A stretch of DNA of 64,000 bases from Klebsormidium nitens. Lineage: Eukaryota; Plantae; Klebsormidiophyceae. Every line of letters starts with the position of its first letter. Within the stretch, counting starts at the first letter, position 1. Where the stretch lies: the NCBI GenBank assembly GCA_000708835.1, contig DF236978.1, forward strand, positions 1-64,000, written 5' to 3'. Both the position numbers and the translations under genes were made by a program. Of the stretch, positions 60,255-64,000 are shown in pieces. Under the pieces are notes generated by a model. The model was not told where the DNA came from. It saw only the letters and a list, made by a program, of their open reading frames with translations, and did no database searches.

Positions 60255-61980
60255 CTGGATAGGGATCGAGTGCGGTCAACCAATCAATCCTTGGTTTGTT
60301 GCATTGAGACTTGATGCAATGACTCTCGCTGCTCGGTTCGTTGCTCGAACTTGATTCGGAGTGTATTGAAAAACTGCGTGCTTTGTCATTGGTTGCATCG
60401 ATCCATCTCGCGAGATTTGCCAGCTGCCATTCCCAAAGGGCCAGGCAGAGATGCTTCAGCTGGACTATATGAATAGACAATCAACCCATTCATACAAGTA
60501 ACGAACAATCTCAGAAGCTGCACGGATAGCCTCAAGCAATTCGACCAATTTCTCTCCAAGCGACCAGCATATCTTGGGAGACCTGGTTGAGAAATAAATC
60601 ATACACGGAGGTTTTAGCAGCGAGGCATCTTCCTGTGATGCCGCCTCATTTGGGTGCTAATTGCGCTGTCCATTGCGCTGTGCAGCGCTCTTGTACTTGT
60701 TTAAACCAAAAATTGACTTTCTTGCTGTTGTCGTCATGTAAATAGTTTCAATGCAAAAGGACAAGGCATAAAGTAGGAAACCAGCAAAAAGTTGCTCACT
60801 ATGCAGTTACTTCCTGGTTCACTAGCTGCGCACCTTTCAGAACTTTGGAGGCAATCGTATTTGCTTGCAAACATCGTAAATAGTGGCGGATAGGACAGCA
60901 GTAACCAACTTATTAAGCTCTATCCACAAGAATCCTGCGGCGACAATCCAAGTTCAACACAAGTAAGGCACTCTGCGCGCCATATTGATAACCTTCTTTC
61001 AGATACACTGCCGATGCAAGCAGCAATTCATTGGAGGTTCAAACTTACCGAGCAGTCTGTGCTCCTTTCCAGAACAGCAGAGACACTCCTGGGAAAGTGG
61101 AGAGAGTCACTAGACTCTCCCACTCCAAAGTCGAGTGTAGAGGACGAACCGGACACACGCAGATTCGCCCTGCTGGAGTCGCGCTCAAGAGGTGCCATTG
61201 TGCCGTGCTTTTAGGACGCCTTCACCTCGAAAAGAGTTCGTGAGCTGAGAATCAGTCGCTTTTGCTGCCCCAAGAGTGAGACCTAAATACTGAAACGGAC
61301 ATCAGAAGGTGCAGCACCTTTGGTGTAAGATTAGTCAATCAGGCTACACAACCACCCCGAAGGTAGAGAAAAAGCGCCTCGTTGCGGGCATTTTGCATTG
61401 CACACTGGCTCCAAATTCAGCAATTTCCACGGCCGCTGCTAAGTATGGGCGCCCTTTCTTGTTCGCGCTGGTTTGGTGCATTTGAATGCGTGCAGCGGAA
61501 CCCTAATCTCATGCCCCTGACGAGGGCCGGTTGACAGCTTGGGGTTAACACTAACCTGCGCAGTTTCAAGCTCGAGAATTGAAAATTATAAAAGAATGGC
61601 CCGTCTTTGCCTAGTCGAATTTTCAGTGAGCCTTCCCTTCCTAGCACACACAATTTCAATTCACAGGGTGTTGGACCAGCCAACGAGAGTAGGTAGTGTG
61701 TCAATGAAAGCTCACTGTTGACAGGCTGGCCGCCGCTGAGCCTGCTGAGGTCCGTCCCCGGCCGCGGCCAGAGCTAGACAACTCGCGACCCAAGACAGCT
61801 CCTACCGGTGATAGGCTTTTAAAGGCTTGGAGCACTGCGTCCATCTGAAGGCGCAGGAGAGGGCTTGGAACGGCTTCTGACGCCAATATCTAGACTCAGT
61901 GAATGCACTTTCTTGGTGGGCCTTCTTGGGGAAGAGAAGCCTTCGACCAGCTTGCCTAACTAGTTTCTACAAGGAAGCAA

Positions 61981-63924
61981 ATGTCCTCCTTTGGTGGCTC
62001 GAAAGGGTTTGGTATTGGAGCAAAGCCCCCATCAGCCGCGGGGCTGGATGGGGTTGAAGCAGCGGGCACGCAGCATGGCACTATAAAAAGGAGGACAGAT
62101 AGTGACGGCGCAATGGACATGGAAATTGAGCACGGACGATCAGGTTTGGGGCCTGGTGCCCTGGGGAGCTCTCACATGGGGACCTCTGGGAGTGCTGCTA
62201 ACCTGTCGAGGAAGAAAGCCGTTCCTCCTCAACCTGCCAAAAAGCTGGTCATCAAGCCCTTCAAAGGTGGGGTGCAACCAAGCACAGGTCTACATTCTCC
62301 ATCATTCAGGAGAAGAGCTGACGGCTTTGCTTAGTTGAAGGGATCAGTGGTCGTTGCTCCAGCATGCTTATGTCTTGTCTTTCAGTGTAGCTACGTCACA
62401 AGCAAGCTACTGCTTCTGATGTGTCCACTTAAGGATGGGTTAACCTGTCAGCATTTAACGGTGCAAGAAGAATTTCTTTCAGCCATTGATTGGAGAGGCT
62501 GACTGGCGGTTGCATGGTATATTCTTTTCGCAGAGAAACCCAAGCTGCCGGTGGACTTTGAGGAGAAAACATGGTCTAAATTGAAGGAGGCCGTCAAGGC
62601 GGTGCATGAGAAGAGGCGCATCGAGTACAGCCTGGAGGAGCTTTACAGGGTCAGTTAACACATCTTTGCCCCTTTGGGATGTCAATGTTGCAGTTGACTT
62701 CTTTGATGGATTCGAAAGGTGCGCTTATCACTGTTGAATGAAGCTTCTAAATGATTCGCGCTCCTAGGTTACTCTTCTGGATCGCTTAGCCTCATGCAGC
62801 GTCCAAGTCCATTCCGCACTGCAGTTGCATTTGCAAGCTTGCAGTTGCACCTGTAATCATTTCAAGGTTTTGGAGGTTGTGGGACTTTAGTTTTGATGCA
62901 AACTTGCAATTGTCAAGCATGCTGAGTTTTCGTCTACCCCAGCTCTGACTGCAACAGTCTTCAATTTCGAATGCAGATGACTACCTCCTTATATGATTGC
63001 TGTGTTTGCTGACTGTACTGCCTTGGCAATCAATCAACCCCAAAGTTTAACCATGATGTGGAGCGACTGACTGGCACCATCATGCAACTTTCTCGAGCCG
63101 CCTTTCCATCGTCGAGAGCCGTGTTTTTGGGAAGCTTTGTGCCCCATCTTCAGTCTGACATATGCATTACTTCTACGCTGTTCTTCAGGCGGCGGAGAAC
63201 ATGTGTGTGCACAAGATGGCGAGCAAACTGTACGCACGGATCCAACAGGAATGCGAGGCCCACATTGCAGCCAAGCTCCTGAGCCTTGTCGGGCAGACGC
63301 TGGATCCAGTCGTCTTCCTGGGCCATGTTGATGCCACTTGGCAGGACCACTGCGAGCAGATGGTAAGCATTATGACTGAACTTAGTCTCTGTGTTGAGCC
63401 TGGTTCAATAGCAGGTCTGATGAATACTGAGAATAAGTTGGCAAGCAGCTGCCATAGAATCATCAAGTCTTTCCTAGTGATGAGTGTTTCAACCTCATGA
63501 TGCACCAGATCATCCGAGTTGTGGTTGTTTCCAGGTGCTCCTTTCTCGCTGCATTCTGACAAGTGCGCCAACCTCCTCCTTGCAGCTTATGATACGGAGC
63601 ATAGCTTTGTACCTGGACCGTACTTATGTCATTCAGACCACCAACGTACGCTCCCTGTGGTGAGCAGTTCTGAGCCTCGCATGTTCATAAAAGTACCGGA
63701 GATACGGAGCTTTCATTCTTTGACTGAGGTTGCGGTCGGCTGCTATGAGTTCAGTTCGATGTTGCCTGCATCAAGAATGGCGCATTGGTATTTGTACTGA
63801 CGTCCTTTGAGTTTGTTTTGAATAGGGACATGGGCCTCCAGCTGTTCCGGAAACACTTGGCTGCGGTTCCTGAAGTGGAGGGAAAGACAGTGAAGGGCCT
63901 CTTAACATTGATTGAGCGTGAGCG
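61981..63924 (+). CDS. CUL4: Cullin-4, 5' part (continues beyond the window)
   Basis: Exons 61981-62266, 62534-62649, 63189-63362, 63586-63659, 63826-63924. Motifs: [76 protein letters not shown]. Confidence 0.92.
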
Positions 63925-64000
63925 GTAAGCATCGACCCTCCCCCCCAGGACACAAAGCTTTCTGTCACTTTTGTGTTTCCTCTGCAGATAATCTGCGTGC

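Noticed and set aside
61806-61844. Candidate first exon of pyruvate kinase (MDAVLQAFKSLSP|GTAGGA)
   Set aside because: It is in phase with the 60254 acceptor, but its ATG is only 136 nt from the CUL4 ATG, leaving little room for promoters. Left unresolved.
63925-63991. Apparent premature stop in CUL4 if the TGCAG at 63983-87 is used as acceptor
   Set aside because: The intron probably continues past the window end, so there is no evidence of pseudogenisation.

Overview
Intron-rich (mostly GT-AG) eukaryotic nuclear DNA with plant-type housekeeping genes. It is most consistent with a streptophyte green alga (Klebsormidium-like), which is an inference from gene content and intron style. Gene models were assembled by hand from splice sites. 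In order: the 5' part of an unknown ORF at the left edge (-), a TA-flanked MITE, a degenerate tRNA-like element, a patatin-like lipase (+), an OSCA/CSC1 channel (+), a Brp/Blh beta-carotene 15,15'-dioxygenase (-), a microbial (type 1) rhodopsin (+), TIM23 (-), plastid-type lipoyl synthase (+), arginyl-tRNA synthetase (-), fibrillarin (+) with two intronic box C/D snoRNAs, an orphan gene (-), an ABC-F ATPase (+), pyruvate kinase (-) and the 5' part of cullin-4 (+). The standout is a head-to-head pair with ATGs 1.6 kb apart. One gene is a six-exon bacterial/archaeal-type retinal-forming enzyme (Blh) with a transit-peptide-like N-terminal extension. The other is a six-exon DTD-motif rhodopsin with the bacteriorhodopsin proton-pump residues. 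Together they look like a eukaryotic 'pump plus chromophore' module echoing prokaryotic bop/brp and proteorhodopsin-blh clusters.
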